Both the position numbers and the translations under genes were made by a program. Below the pieces are notes generated by a model. The model searched no databases, was not told the origin of the DNA, and saw nothing but the letters and a program-made list of their open reading frames with translations. 32,065 bases of DNA. Origin: Octopus bimaculoides (lineage: Eukaryota). The stretch covers positions 166,364,044-166,396,108 of the forward strand of contig NC_068981.1 in assembly GCF_001194135.2 (NCBI RefSeq), given 5' to 3'. Position 1 is the stretch's first letter; each line of letters starts with the position of its first letter. Shown here one piece after another: positions 20,552 through 32,065 of the stretch.

Positions 20552-21580
20552 TGTAGCATACACTTGAGGAAAATTCCTCTCCTCTCGGTTATATATACAT
20601 ACGAATGTAGTAGAGGACAGCTATCCTTTGGCCGCATTTTGAACCCTGTTGTGTCCTCTACTCTGGTTGGTATTGGCACAATTTGTCTCTTGCTCTATAG
20701 CACGCCAATATGCAACCCAACCAATCGCAGCCTTCAAATAAGGTCATGTGAGGCAGTCTGTTCTCAACCCTAGTTTGAGCCAACTGCTCCCTATAAAACT
20801 CCAGCTTCTCATTGTCTTGATGTCTTTGGTTCCAGACCTTTTAAGGTCTAGCCACTGACCAAACAAGGCAGCCAATTCTAACAACAACACCAGACGACAA
20901 CACTCGTCCAACAGCATTACGGCAATCTCTTTCTTTGTTGCCATTAGCATCATCTCTCTATGTACACAGCAACCAGCAACTCGCACAGGTTCTAACACAA
21001 CACTGTTTGTGAATTACTTCACCATGGTTAACAGTAAATACAACCTGCAAGAACTCCTGTACCAAGTGACCCAGGCAGCAGCATCGCAGCCACAACTTCA
21101 CATATGACTTGTACCTCAATTGGCTCTGCATTGCAGCCACAACTTCACATATGACATGTACCTCAATCGGCTCTGCATCGCAGCCACAACTTCATGTACA
21201 ACGTACCTCAACCGGCTCTGCATCATCACCACAACTTCTTGATATGGCATTTCAACTATTGTGTGCAATTGACTATGAACTGGTATTTCTCATTCTTGTC
21301 TATGAACATTCTTCTAACTTCTCATTATAGACTCTTTCAATGCTCTGTACTTGACGCACACACAATCACACATGTTAACATATCAATATTCTGTACACCT
21401 GACACACACACCATCACACATATTAACATATCAATAAATCTTCTCTTAAACATTCTATCCGGTTGTGTCTCTCTTTTCCCTCTGGCTTGTATACGCATTT
21501 ATTCTTTTTATATTTATTGTATCGTCCATGTGATGTACTAAGGAGCCATGCTCGTCACGTCACTTTGCACGATCATTGGA
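20552..21580 (+). mobile_element. Diverged solo LTR (copy D)
   Basis: Starts TGTAGCATACACTT (copy B: TGTAGTGAACACTT) and ends TTTGCACGATCATTGGA (copy B: TTTGCACGGTCATTCTTACA). TSD GACC at 20548-20551 and 21581-21584. Confidence 0.7.
21081..21238 (+). repeat. 47-bp tandem repeat, ~3.4 units, inside LTR D
   Basis: Units GCATCGCAGCCACAACTTCACATATGACTTGTACCTCAATTGGCTCT start at 21081, 21128, 21175 and 21220 (partial). Confidence 0.9.
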
Positions 21581-22221
21581 GACCTCTTTCATTATTGTTT
21601 TATTCTGATGGACCCCTGTGGCCATTCGATGTTTTAAAAACTAGTTTTATAGAAACTTCTTTCAAAATGCTTGTTTTGTTTCTCACACATTCACTTTTGT
21701 AGGTTGAACTGTGTGAAATATTAAAGAAACCTAGCTGTTTCTTGCTATACATACATTTAAAGCGAAATCTTTTCAGGGGCCTTTAAAATACTATCGTGGA
21801 TCCCCAATTTTGCTGTGCGGACCTCCAAAAGTCTTATATGGACCCCAGTTGAGAATTGCTGCTTTAGTTCAACTTTAAAATAAATGTTTTTGACACCATC
21901 TTAAATTAGATCCTTCATAGTACAAACTTTATTCCTTCTAAACATAAGTTTCTATTGCCTTCTCTTGAAAGTCATACAGTAAACGAGGGAAAAAATGAAA
22001 ATTATTACATTCACGCTTTTCCCAAAGACGTGTGAGAATTGGCTTCCAAAAAACTCACAAATGAACAAATGAGATGACAAAATATTTCATATATTTATCC
22101 CCAAATCATTTTTGATCGATTAAAGGCTTTCCAGCCTCGACCATCCTGTCTTTTTTTTCCAGGTTATTTCTTTTTTCCAATGTTATTCAATCTGTCTTCT
22201 TTAAGACGGAAGTATAAAGCA

Positions 22222-22265
22222 TGAGGGAGACATTTAGCTGCTTTTCTAGCAGGTCGAGAGACCGT
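22222..22265 (+). repeat. Short dispersed repeat (GAGGGAGATTTAGCTGCTATTTCTAGCAGG family)
   Basis: Related copies at ~15015-15064 (-), 18466-18515, 22829-22872, 23516-23560 and 26967-26995. Confidence 0.6.
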
Positions 22266-23223
22266 TCGATACTCCTGGTTAGTAAATATACGCATCGAAT
22301 TCCAGCTTACATAGACAGGATGAAGACCAGAAGAAGGCATCCGAAATTCTCTCTTGAAGAACAAACAAAAATTTTCTTTTTATAAAATTTCTCATTTCTC
22401 TTTATTACTTTTTATTCTTTCACTTTTGGTTTGACTTTACTAAATTTTCATTTTTTTTTTCCTATTGATTGCAATGGTTGAATTTGTCACAACCAACAAC
22501 TGCAAATACCACTAAGATAATTTTGAGGAAACTCAATATCTTTCAGTCAGTGCAGTTTCAACATTTTTAGTTCTTAGCAAAATATAGACATGTTCAGCTC
22601 AATTGTACAGATGTGAATTTCTCAAGGAAGTACATACAATAAGGACTATAAACTCTTTTAATATGATTTTGGATGGTCAAATACTGATGGTCGTTTTTAT
22701 TTTTAATCCCAGATCATTCCGAATCGAGCAGACTTATGTTCAAAAATATTCCAATCGTAGTCATTTCTTATTTTGCAGACGTCTTCGAACACACTAGGAT
22801 TTTGTTTTTAAAGTAGGTAGGACCGTAATTTGAGGGAGATTTCTGGAAGGTCTAACAACCTAGTAGAGACTCCAAATATTGGCTAGAACCACAACATACA
22901 ACCTCAGTCTACTCTGTTTTTACTTCATTTGCTTCTTTACTTTTTCATATGCTTCTTTCCTTTTATTTCCTCTTTCCCTGCTCTCTTCTTCCTCTACTTC
23001 TTTATTTCATTGATTTATATATCAGTTTAGGAAAACTAGTGCCTTATCAATTTTCAGTTGCTGCATTACTAATGTTTTTTTAGTTTGAACCCAACCTCAT
23101 GCAATATACCGAGCATTTTCGACGGAATTCTGGTTTAAGCACCCTAATAACTTTCTTATTTTTTGGAATTTTCAGAAATGTTTTGCGAATTAGTGTTCTA
23201 CACACGGGAATTTTGTGATTTAA

Positions 23224-23513
23224 CCCATTACCTACCAGTGATCTCATATGAGATCACTTAAAAATTACAAATTTCGTAATTATCTGTCAATATTTACACA
23301 TATCTAACCTTTTTGCTATATCTACTAGGGATATTTCTCTGATATTCAAATGAGGTTTGCTAATTTTTCACCCAATATCTCGCTTATTTCTATTTAAAAT
23401 GTTATTTTGAAATGTTATTTTGATCATTCCAGCATGTTTCTAAGACTGTTTTATGCTAGAAATCAAAGTTTCATAAAAAAACTTCAGTTAATAGAATTAT
23501 GGAAGGTAATGGG
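23224..23513. mobile_element. piggyBac-type MITE
   Basis: TTAA|CCCATTACCTACC ... GGAAGGTAATGGG|TTAA (TIR matches 12/13). Confidence 0.8.
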
Positions 23514-25269
23514 TTAAGGGCAATTTAGCTGTTGCATTTAGTATATCTCACAACCATCTGATACCGCCTACGTTTCTTTGCTACTCTGACATGTATTGAT
23601 GTTTTTCAATATATTTCTCCCCATAAACACATTTAATGGAAGGATGATGCACCCAGGGGTGGTCCACTGCTGAGATTTTAGCAAAAAATTTGGACTGTCC
23701 ATCCCTCCTGCCAACCAGTCTTAAAAGCCTTCTAAAAAAAAAAAAAGAATCATGAATTCTGCCTTCCTTCTTCATCCCCCCCCCCACACACACCCCTACA
23801 TGCAAAAATCTCTCTTGATATATTATTGCAATAACTAATGGTCTTGGTGATGGAAAGGGATGGTATTTATGGTAGTTGGGTTGCTAGGATGAAGATTCTA
23901 GTAATGATTAGGATGGCTTTTGTTATGTTTAGTCTCCAAGTCAACTCTGACTGGACAAATCTCTGATCAATGATATTCAAGTCATGATTATCCACTCATT
24001 TCTCTCTCTCTCTCCTTCTCCTTTTTTTTTTTATAATAGTATGCCAGAACTATATTACCCAATGTGTCTTTCTTTTAAGACAGTGGGGTGTGGTTTGAGT
24101 GAGATTTGACTGCAGTCTAGAGATCTCTCCATATAGCATCCAAATAGAACAGGAGGCTTTCTTAGGTGTTTGCAGTAAAAATATTGATGTTGGTTGTAGT
24201 AATGACATTGATAACGATGGCAGTACTCATGGTAGTGTTCATGATAATGCACCAATATATAAATGTCAACTGTTGTATAATAAATGTGGTAATGTCAACT
24301 GCAAGATCATAATAAAAATGGTGTCAGTATGCACGAGAAACAATTTTCTAGTTGTACCACCAGCCGGTTTTCCTTTTTTTTTTTATAATTTTAATTTTGT
24401 GTGAGAAAATAAAAGTAAGCTTCTTCGGCAAGCCAGCTAAGTCTGTGACACAGATTTGATTTGTTAGTTGTTACAATTTTTTTTTTTATTGCACCTCTTA
24501 AAAATGCACGTCCTACAGTTGTGAGTCTTTTGCTCTTCTTCACCATCATCATCATCATTAAAGAACTCATTTGATGGTGGGGAGGTGAATTAGTGTAAAG
24601 GCTTAAGATATTGCATTTTGATTTCATATGACTGCAAAAGAGACTAATAGTTAAAGTACCTAACTTAATAAGTACTGGAGTTGATTTGTTTGATTGTATC
24701 CTTTAAGGTAGTTCCCCTCCATGGCCACAGTCCAATGACTGAATCGAGGAAAAGATAAGATAAAAGAAACTATAGATATCAAACTTTTCATAATTTCACT
24801 CTTTCACTAAATCTTTAATTGAGGATATTTTAATCTTTTCCCATTCTGGAGTGCTATATTCAGAGATTCAGTTGGTTATACAAATTCCACTGTTTTTCTA
24901 GTAATAATTTTATCAACTTTCAAAAGAGTAAAAAAAAAGCAAAGTTCACACGAACAGTCATGGTGAGAACACCTTATATTTATATCCGCTATACATAGAG
25001 AGCTTTCAATCAAATACTATGCAAATATTATTGTAATAATATAACTGCTATTAAATTGAAGTATTTTGTTGTTTTGTTTCTCACACTCCTTGTTGTTGCT
25101 GTCATGTTTTTCTTTGTTACCTGTGAGGATTTTGTAGTCAGATTTTAAGTTTTACATTTTCTTCTAGTTCACCACTACTTCCCATTTCCTTAACCTTTTG
25201 ATACAAATATACTTGAAACCCACTCCCATTTCAGCTCTGTGTCACAAAATCTCAGATCTTTATGTTTAA

Positions 25270-25486
25270 CCCTTTTGATACCAACCTGTCTGAGACTGCT
25301 CCTGGTTCTGTGACAAAAATTTTGTTTAAAAGTGATCTAAATTAAAACTTCCCATCAAAATTCCATGTCAATTATGCCCCAAATACCAGCTTAATAGCAA
25401 AAGCTATTTTACTAAATTCTCCATTATTTTCAAAAGTAATTGAAACAAAGACAGTGTATTTCAATAGAAACATGGTAACGAAGGAG
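25270..25486. mobile_element. piggyBac-type MITE
   Basis: TTAA|CCCTTTTGATACC ... GGTAACGAAGGAG|TTAA. A partial relative follows at ~25565-25645. Confidence 0.7.
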
Positions 25487-27184
25487 TTAAATGAAAACCA
25501 ATCATGAATCAAAGTTATGCTTCAAACATTATTAGTTTGTTAGCAGAGAAGTTAGTTTTATATATTCCATCAAATTCATAAATATTTTCAAAAATAACTG
25601 GAAGATGGTGTATTTCATCAGAAATATGGTAATACTAGCATTAAACTCTATTACTTTCATGCCATTTGTAATTTCTCTTTTGTTTGTATGGAATAAGTAT
25701 TGTCTTTTTATTTTTCACAATTTATCATTTCAATCCAGTTAGTAAAATTTGAGTCTACAGATCATTATACATAAATGATATAGAATCAGTTAGATATCTT
25801 ATAAAATTTAGTTTATGATACAAGTTCAACAGTGGCTTTCCAGACACTGATGGTCCCAAACCTCTGTAGTGCTCCAAACTCCCACTGTTAAATACTTAGA
25901 CATCTTGAGTAAGCCACCACAGTTTCACATGGTGAATCAACAAGTCAGTGTGAGGCTGTGGCATGATATGACTTCTCAAATGTTTTAGAATTTACCCTCT
26001 TTCCATTCCATAAAAACCATTTGGCACCTAGCTTAGCAGGCAGTTGACCATGAGAATTTGAGCAGACAGCTCCAGACTTTTATGCTAATTACTTCAGGTA
26101 TTCGAACAGACTGACTTTGAAATATTCACACAATGTCCCTTAAGTAGGTTTCTATGGACACAGCACTGTTTCCTCTCCTCCCAGTCAGCAATTGTATTAA
26201 CATTTTCCACTGTAAATAGCCAACACAAATATTATGTCCAGCGATAAATATTACAGTTAAAGGTTTGTGAGTTTGTTTCAGTAATTATTCATGCAGCTAA
26301 CACTTTCCACATTGCTACAATACAACACCAACAAGCACCTCGCAACAATGGTGATAAAGCCATCCATAGTGACAATAGCGACTCAGACATTCACAATATA
26401 TTATCATTGGCCATCTCAACACAAAACAACCAAGCAATTAAACAACACCTCTTAAAATCCACATTAATTTACAAGCAGGAACTTCAAATTCCTGAAATTG
26501 CCAGACTAGTATTCTGGTACCTTACACTGACTAGTACCTTCTACAGTACAGTATTAATAAACTTGTATCATTTATACTAATATACAAGTACCTGTATTTT
26601 ATTTGATTATATAAGTTAATTTAATATTTGTTTAATTTAGAGTGTGTTGGCCAAAGTGACCACCCCTGGTTTAGAAAAGTCAGTAATCGTGAAAGGCTTT
26701 GAAGCCAAAGGCTCAAGAAAATCGATGCTGTACCTGTATCTAATTGTGCCTATGACAACTGTTTTTATCTCTTGACTGTCAAGACAAAGATTGCCAACAT
26801 CTCTTCTTAATATTCTAGCAGAAGGAAAACTCTGGTTTGTATTATTGGCATTTAGGTCATATTTGGATCTGATCAATCGGAGGTGTTCAAATTGTGACCA
26901 TCCCATCTCTAAGTATTTTTTTGGCTACAGTGCACTGATCTTTATTTTAGCTGCTATGGTGTGATATGAGGGAGATTTAACTGCTATTTCTAATAAATTG
27001 ATTGTAATGTAGTAGCACCCTTGTTGACTCAGCTTGGAAAGAATTACTTGATATTTCAGTTTCCTACATACTGACGAAATGCAGCTAAGCATTCTGTTTG
27101 GTATGCTAACAATCCTACCAATTCACCATCTTGACAATGATAATGATGATGATAGGAGGATGCTGACGATAATAATAATGTCTT

Positions 27185-27747
27185 GATGCAGTACCAGACA
27201 GTGGCTTTCAAGGCATTTGATCTTTACTGATTGGAAGTGTTATCATGTACATTGTTTTGTCTTGGTATAAAAGATGGGCTACAGCAAATATTCTGCTCAA
27301 TACCACAGACTTGCTTGTCAGTTTCTTGACCATGACCATTTGAGCATGTCACTTAGTGACTGATGATATGTGCATCTCTGATCACAAACAGAAGTAGTGG
27401 GGGAGCATCATAGCCATGTGTTGAAAGTCTTTGGGATTTGAATAATTCACCTCTTGAAACATGGGTGTTTTGTTCATCATCCTTAAACAAACCTTATTCA
27501 GGGACCTTTTGAGCAGGTGGGACTACTCCTCCTGAAGAAAATTCTAATTGGGCTCCCACCTGCAAAGTCATGCACCGTTAATCTTGATATAAGATCACCA
27601 TGTCATGCACATATGGTTGTGATGCATGTACCTGGTGTACCCTTATCAGACGGGTAGTAATGATGGGTATACTGGGCTTCGTATATTTTACTCCAGTGTC
27701 ACTTTGATGGCACGCACTGTTCTCTCATTCAATAATAATAATAATAA
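27185..27747 (+). mobile_element. Probable LINE 3' UTR or long SINE ending in an (AAT)n tail
   Basis: GC-richer non-coding block ending CTCTCATTC(AAT)6. I recall it as an abundant octopus repeat; not verified. Confidence 0.5.
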
Positions 27748-28129
27748 TTTCAAATTTTGCCACAAGCACAGCAGTTTTGGGGGAGAGGATGAGTCGATTA
27801 CCACAGCTTTCACCAATCTCCTCACTTCATTTATTACCTCTGCTCCCTCTCCCACCATTTTAGTTGTCATCATATATTATTGAAACCTGTTGCTGCTGTG
27901 GAAATAAGAATACTTACCAAATGCTTTATAAAGAACACTTATAAAAGTGGATCACTAAAGTTTCACATTTCTGCTTTTCAGATGACTGGTGATGTTATCT
28001 GTATTGGTTGTATTTATTGTGAAGCAATCACATAGATAAATTAGCACAATGATACTGTAATGCTCTCATGTAAAACAACACTAGTGATTCAGAATTAAAT
28101 ACAATTAACAAACAAATAGCGGAGACACA

Positions 28130-28350
28130 TTGCTTAGAAGTTAGGATGGTGAACTCATGATTGTAAGATTGAAGTTTTGATTCCTGGACCAGGCAATTCA
28201 TTGTGTTCTTGAACAAAACACTTCATTTCATGTTGCTCCTGTCCACTCAGCAGCTAAAAATGAGTAATCCTGTGACAGATTGGCATCCCATCCAGGGTGG
28301 AATATATATATATATATATGCCAGGGAAACCAAGAAACCAGCCCTGTGCT
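28130..28350 (+). mobile_element. SINE (CORE-like, degenerate)
   Basis: tRNA-like head, TGTGTTCTTGAACAAAACACTT core, and GGCATCCCATCCAGGG followed by (TA)n. Confidence 0.6.
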
Positions 28351-28384
28351 CCTCATGGAGTTATGTGAACTAACCAGTTCTTTT

Positions 28385-28600
28385 TACATGTTTAAGTCAT
28401 TTTACTACAGCCATGCTGGAGCACCACCTTTAAAGGGCTTTAATCAAAGAAATAGACCCCGAAACTTATTCTTTGTGAGCTTAGTGCTTATTCTATTGGG
28501 CTCCTTTGCCAAACTGTTAAGTTATGGGGATGTAAACACACCAACATCGGTTGTCAAGCGATGGTGAGGGGACAAACACAGATGCAAAGACACACAAATA
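28385..28600 (-). mobile_element. SINE 3' part, same family as 15872-16245
   Basis: GCCATGCTGGAGCACCACC ... GTTAAGTTATGGGGATGTAAACACACCAACATCGGTTGTCAAGCGATG is the reverse complement of 16060-16215 with CpG decay. A (TA/CA)n tract follows to ~28675. Confidence 0.85.
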
Positions 28601-29722
28601 TATATATATGTATATACACACACACGCATATATATATATATATATGCATATATATATATATATATACACACACATACCACCAACAGGCTCAATATAGATG
28701 TACTATACCATATTGTAAGAGCAAAGTTAGACAAAGAGAAGCTTGTTTTAACAGACATTTCTATCATTTTCTGTTTATCATCATAATTTTAATGTTTGTT
28801 TTTTCATGTTTGCATGGATTCAATAGGTCTGCAGCATAGCACACTACTACTATTGATCTTGTTTCATATTCTCTGTGACATCCAATTATGCTGAGACTCA
28901 ATTTAATTACTTCCTCCCATATTTTTCTTTTGTCTCTTCAGTTGACATAGGAATGATTTGAGATACATAGTAATACACACTTGTCTTAAATATAGATATA
29001 TATATATTAATATAAAACTATATTAAGGGTTAGCTTTTGGACTTCTTGATTGTATTCCTAATGTCCTGTCATTTACAATATACGTTATTGATCAACCAAA
29101 CAATTTACATAAACATAATTTGTTAATCTTTCTTAGAATCAGCAAGAAGTTGGTCGGTGGCACAATTTCTGTTGCAAGATACTGATCTCTGTTTCACAAG
29201 AGAACATAACTGGGACTTGTCAATTTAAACAAAGTATTTTTAATTACTTTTTCCTCAATGCCTTCATACTAACATGAAATAGGGTTATCCAGTCATGACT
29301 GTACAGCTGTAGTAGCATTATAATTTTTTTTTTTTTTGTGCGTGTGTATGTGTGATACATAATATCTATTGGAGCATGTATAATGCCAACTGCAACACCC
29401 TTCTTCTTTTCACAATGAATAAACTGTTCATTTGAAAAACCAAAATCTGATTAAGCCAGTGAGAAACCTCTGTCTGTGAGAGTGAACCTTTTTTTTCCCC
29501 ACCCAGTGCATTAAAATTTTAATTTCTTAGACAAACTTAAGATTTCGATTTAAAAATTTTGCTGCTATTTCAAGAGCAGGGCAAGTAATGAAGTACACAC
29601 TACTTCATTGACTCTTCCTTTCCTATTCATATTTACCCTGCAGACATCAAGCTGCAAAAGCTAAGCTGAATTAGTTCGACCTGTCTGAGAGAGCCTGCAA
29701 AAGCTTGATCATTGCTCCTTAA

Positions 29723-29915
29723 CCTTTTGCCCACCCAAAGCATTTTCATAAGTTTATCCTTAGTATACATGCTTGAGTGATATAAAGCTTTCTTTTTATA
29801 AGTTCCAATTTACTCTAATGGTTGAAAAAATTGGGAATTTGCATTATACATGATGCATGGAAGTCAGGGAAATATGTCTTGTTTATCATATGTGATACAC
29901 AGGACAGGCAAAGGG
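29723..29915. mobile_element. piggyBac-type MITE
   Basis: TTAA|CCTTTTGCC ... GGCAAAGGG|TTAA. Confidence 0.65.
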
Positions 29916-30193
29916 TTAAAAACAAAAAAGTAAAGAGAAGTTTTTCCATCAAATTTTGAGACCTAATTTTCATTACTAGTTTTAACCACAAAGCTTAATT
30001 TATATTGGTAATATATTTATGCTATAAATCTAAAATACTATTTCCATCAAGGTGTAGAAATATTGATATTTCACCACATACTTAAATTTTTAAATGGTTA
30101 TGTAGTTTCTCTTTCTTCCTTCCTTCCTTTCTTTTTCTTTCTTCACCAACTGAAAAATGTTAAGAGGAATGAATTGTGTGTGTGTGTGTGTGT

Positions 30194-30596
30194 NNNNNNN
30201 NNNNNNNNNNNNNNNNNNNNNNNNNNNNNNNNNNNNNNNNNNNNNNNNNNNNNNNNNNNNNNNNNNNNNNNNNNNNNNNNNNNNNNNNNNNNNNNNNNNN
30301 NNNNNNNNNNNNNNNNNNNNNNNNNNNNNNNNNNNNNNNNNNNNNNNNNNNNNNNNNNNNNNNNNNNNNNNNNNNNNNNNNNNNNNNNNNNNNNNNNNNN
30401 NNNNNNNNNNNNNNNNNNNNNNNNNNNNNNNNNNNNNNNNNNNNNNNNNNNNNNNNNNNNNNNNNNNNNNNNNNNNNNNNNNNNNNNNNNNNNNNNNNNN
30501 NNNNNNNNNNNNNNNNNNNNNNNNNNNNNNNNNNNNNNNNNNNNNNNNNNNNNNNNNNNNNNNNNNNNNNNNNNNNNNNNNNNNNNNNNNNNNNNN
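30194..30596. other. Assembly gap between (TG)n and (TA)n microsatellites
   Basis: 403 N, with (TG)n at ~30175-30193 and (TA)n at 30597-30643. Confidence 1.
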
Positions 30597-30648
<52 letters not shown>

Positions 30649-30904
30649 CTCATTTTTATGTTTACTTTTCCTTATTTGAATGGGTTGGACAGATCCTTTC
30701 TAATACGCCATCTCGCCATTTAAAAGAGTATTGTAAAATACTTGAAACATTGTAATGTGTAAATGCTATAAATATTAGAAAAAAAATCTTTAAGCAATGC
30801 AGGTGAGAACTTAAGCAGGATATGTACCATACTGCCAACAAGTAAAAACAAAAACATCATGTTGTGTTACCTTACATAGGTTGTTTAATGCTTCTATTAT
30901 ATTT

Positions 30905-31255
30905 GTGGAAAGATTTCCCTCGTCAAATATAGTCTCACTGGCACTCTGTCAGTTACGATGACAAGGGTTCTAGTTGATCCAATCAATCGAACAGCCTGCT
31001 CATGAAATTAACATGCATGTGGCTGGGCACTCCACAAACACATGTAGCGTTAACATAGTTTTCAGGGAGATTCAACATGACGCAGTATGAGAAGGCTAGC
31101 CCTTTGAAATACAGGTACTATTCATTTTTGCCAGCTGAGTAGACTGGAGCAATGTGAAATAGTCTTGCTTGAGGACCCAACACCTCAAAAGGAATTGACT
31201 TCACGACCTTGCAGTCATGAGCCAAATACCCTAACCACTAAGTCACATGCGTTCA
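30905..31255 (-). mobile_element. SINE (CORE-like)
   Basis: Minus-strand head ...GACTTAGTGGTTAGGGTATTTGGCTCATGACTGCAAGGTCGTGAAGTCAATTCC and core TCCTCAAGCAAGAC..TTTCACATTGCTCCAGTCTACTCAGCTGGCAAAAATG. Confidence 0.75.
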
Positions 31256-31752
31256 CCTATCAAATATAAGAAAGAAAATAATCCCAGAGTTCATGAGAAA
31301 GTGTTGCTATTGGCAGGCCAGTCTAGGGTGTTGTAATGAAAAGCATTGATGAATTAGATACTTCGGTCCAGTCTTACTGTGTGAAAGTTTTATATCAATC
31401 TGATTTATTTGCGTTCAATAATATATCCTTGGCATGCATTACATGTTTTACATTTGTACAAGAGACCAACACTGATATATATGCATATGTTTGTCTGTGC
31501 AGGTGCACACATATGTGCATTGATATGTTTATGTTTATTTGCATATATTTTTTTTATTTGTGACTACAGTATTTGTAATTCTAAAATTTTCATTGAAGAA
31601 AACTTTAACTCCTTATTCCATAAACATCATGCTTTGAGAATTTCCTTGCAGTTTGACAACTGTCTTTGTCATTAAGCTGAACATTTTGAAGGCCAGGAAT
31701 ATATTTGCATATATATTTAAATATGTATAAATAAATACACGTGTGTGTGTAT

Positions 31753-31787
<35 letters not shown>

Positions 31788-31796
31788 GATAGATAG

Positions 31797-32065
31797 GTTT
31801 CTTTATTAGCCACACAGGGCTCAACACAGAGGGGACAAAATACAAATGTAGAGTTTTTCTTTTCGAGGGGGTCGAAAACAAAGCAGAAAGAAAACAAAAG
31901 TGGGGACAACGATGAAAAAAAAACATCGCAAAACGTTTGGGGTATTTACAAAAAATACGAAATAATACAAAAAATTCCCAATAAATGGGGAGGTTATCCG
32001 TGGAAAGAAAAACCTACGAAAAGACCACGGTAACCTCGGTCTTTAGCGTCACACTTTGGTAAATA
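31797..32065 (-). mobile_element. 3' end of a Tx1/L1-like LINE (continues past the window end)
   Basis: T-rich 3' UTR ending CCCCTCTGTGTTGAGCCCTGTGTGGCTAATAAAGAAA next to a (GATA)/(TA)n tract. The terminus is homologous to that of 4586-6223. Confidence 0.7.

Noticed and set aside
21081-21238. CRISPR-like array
   Set aside because: Contiguous tandem units without unique spacers, eukaryotic context, no cas genes.
25820-26210. Minus-strand exon after TATTTACAG|
   Set aside because: All frames stop before a convincing donor; may be a decayed element.
27070-27100. CTGACGA followed by the hairpin AATGC/GCATT
   Set aside because: The GAAA half of the catalytic core is missing.
30063-30755. Long ORFs of 162-230 aa
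   Set aside because: N gap flanked by (TG)n and (TA)n.

Overview
AT-rich eukaryotic DNA, dense in repeats and microsatellites, with two assembly gaps. The tRNA-derived SINE families look like those I recall from Octopus (coleoid cephalopod); no search was run. No intact protein-coding gene, RNA gene or CRISPR array can be supported. Main contents: (i) a compact heat-shock-type promoter at ~2.45-2.63 kb (CTCF-like site, near-perfect HSE, TATA, pyrimidine initiator) with no Hsp ORF behind it; (ii) a TSD-flanked 1.64 kb non-LTR element encoding only a gag-like ORF1, inserted into a SINE head; (iii) four co-oriented ~1 kb Gypsy-type LTRs, one followed by a tRNA-Trp PBS; (iv) a nested stack at 9.2-12.5 kb (R4-clade LINE, Helitron, solo LTR, multi-switch templated insertion); (v) many SINEs and hAT, piggyBac and Tc1-like MITEs; (vi) a shift from CpG-rich to CpG-depleted sequence near 22-23 kb, suggesting a methylated gene body on the right whose exons I could not identify. 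All alignments and coordinates were read by eye.
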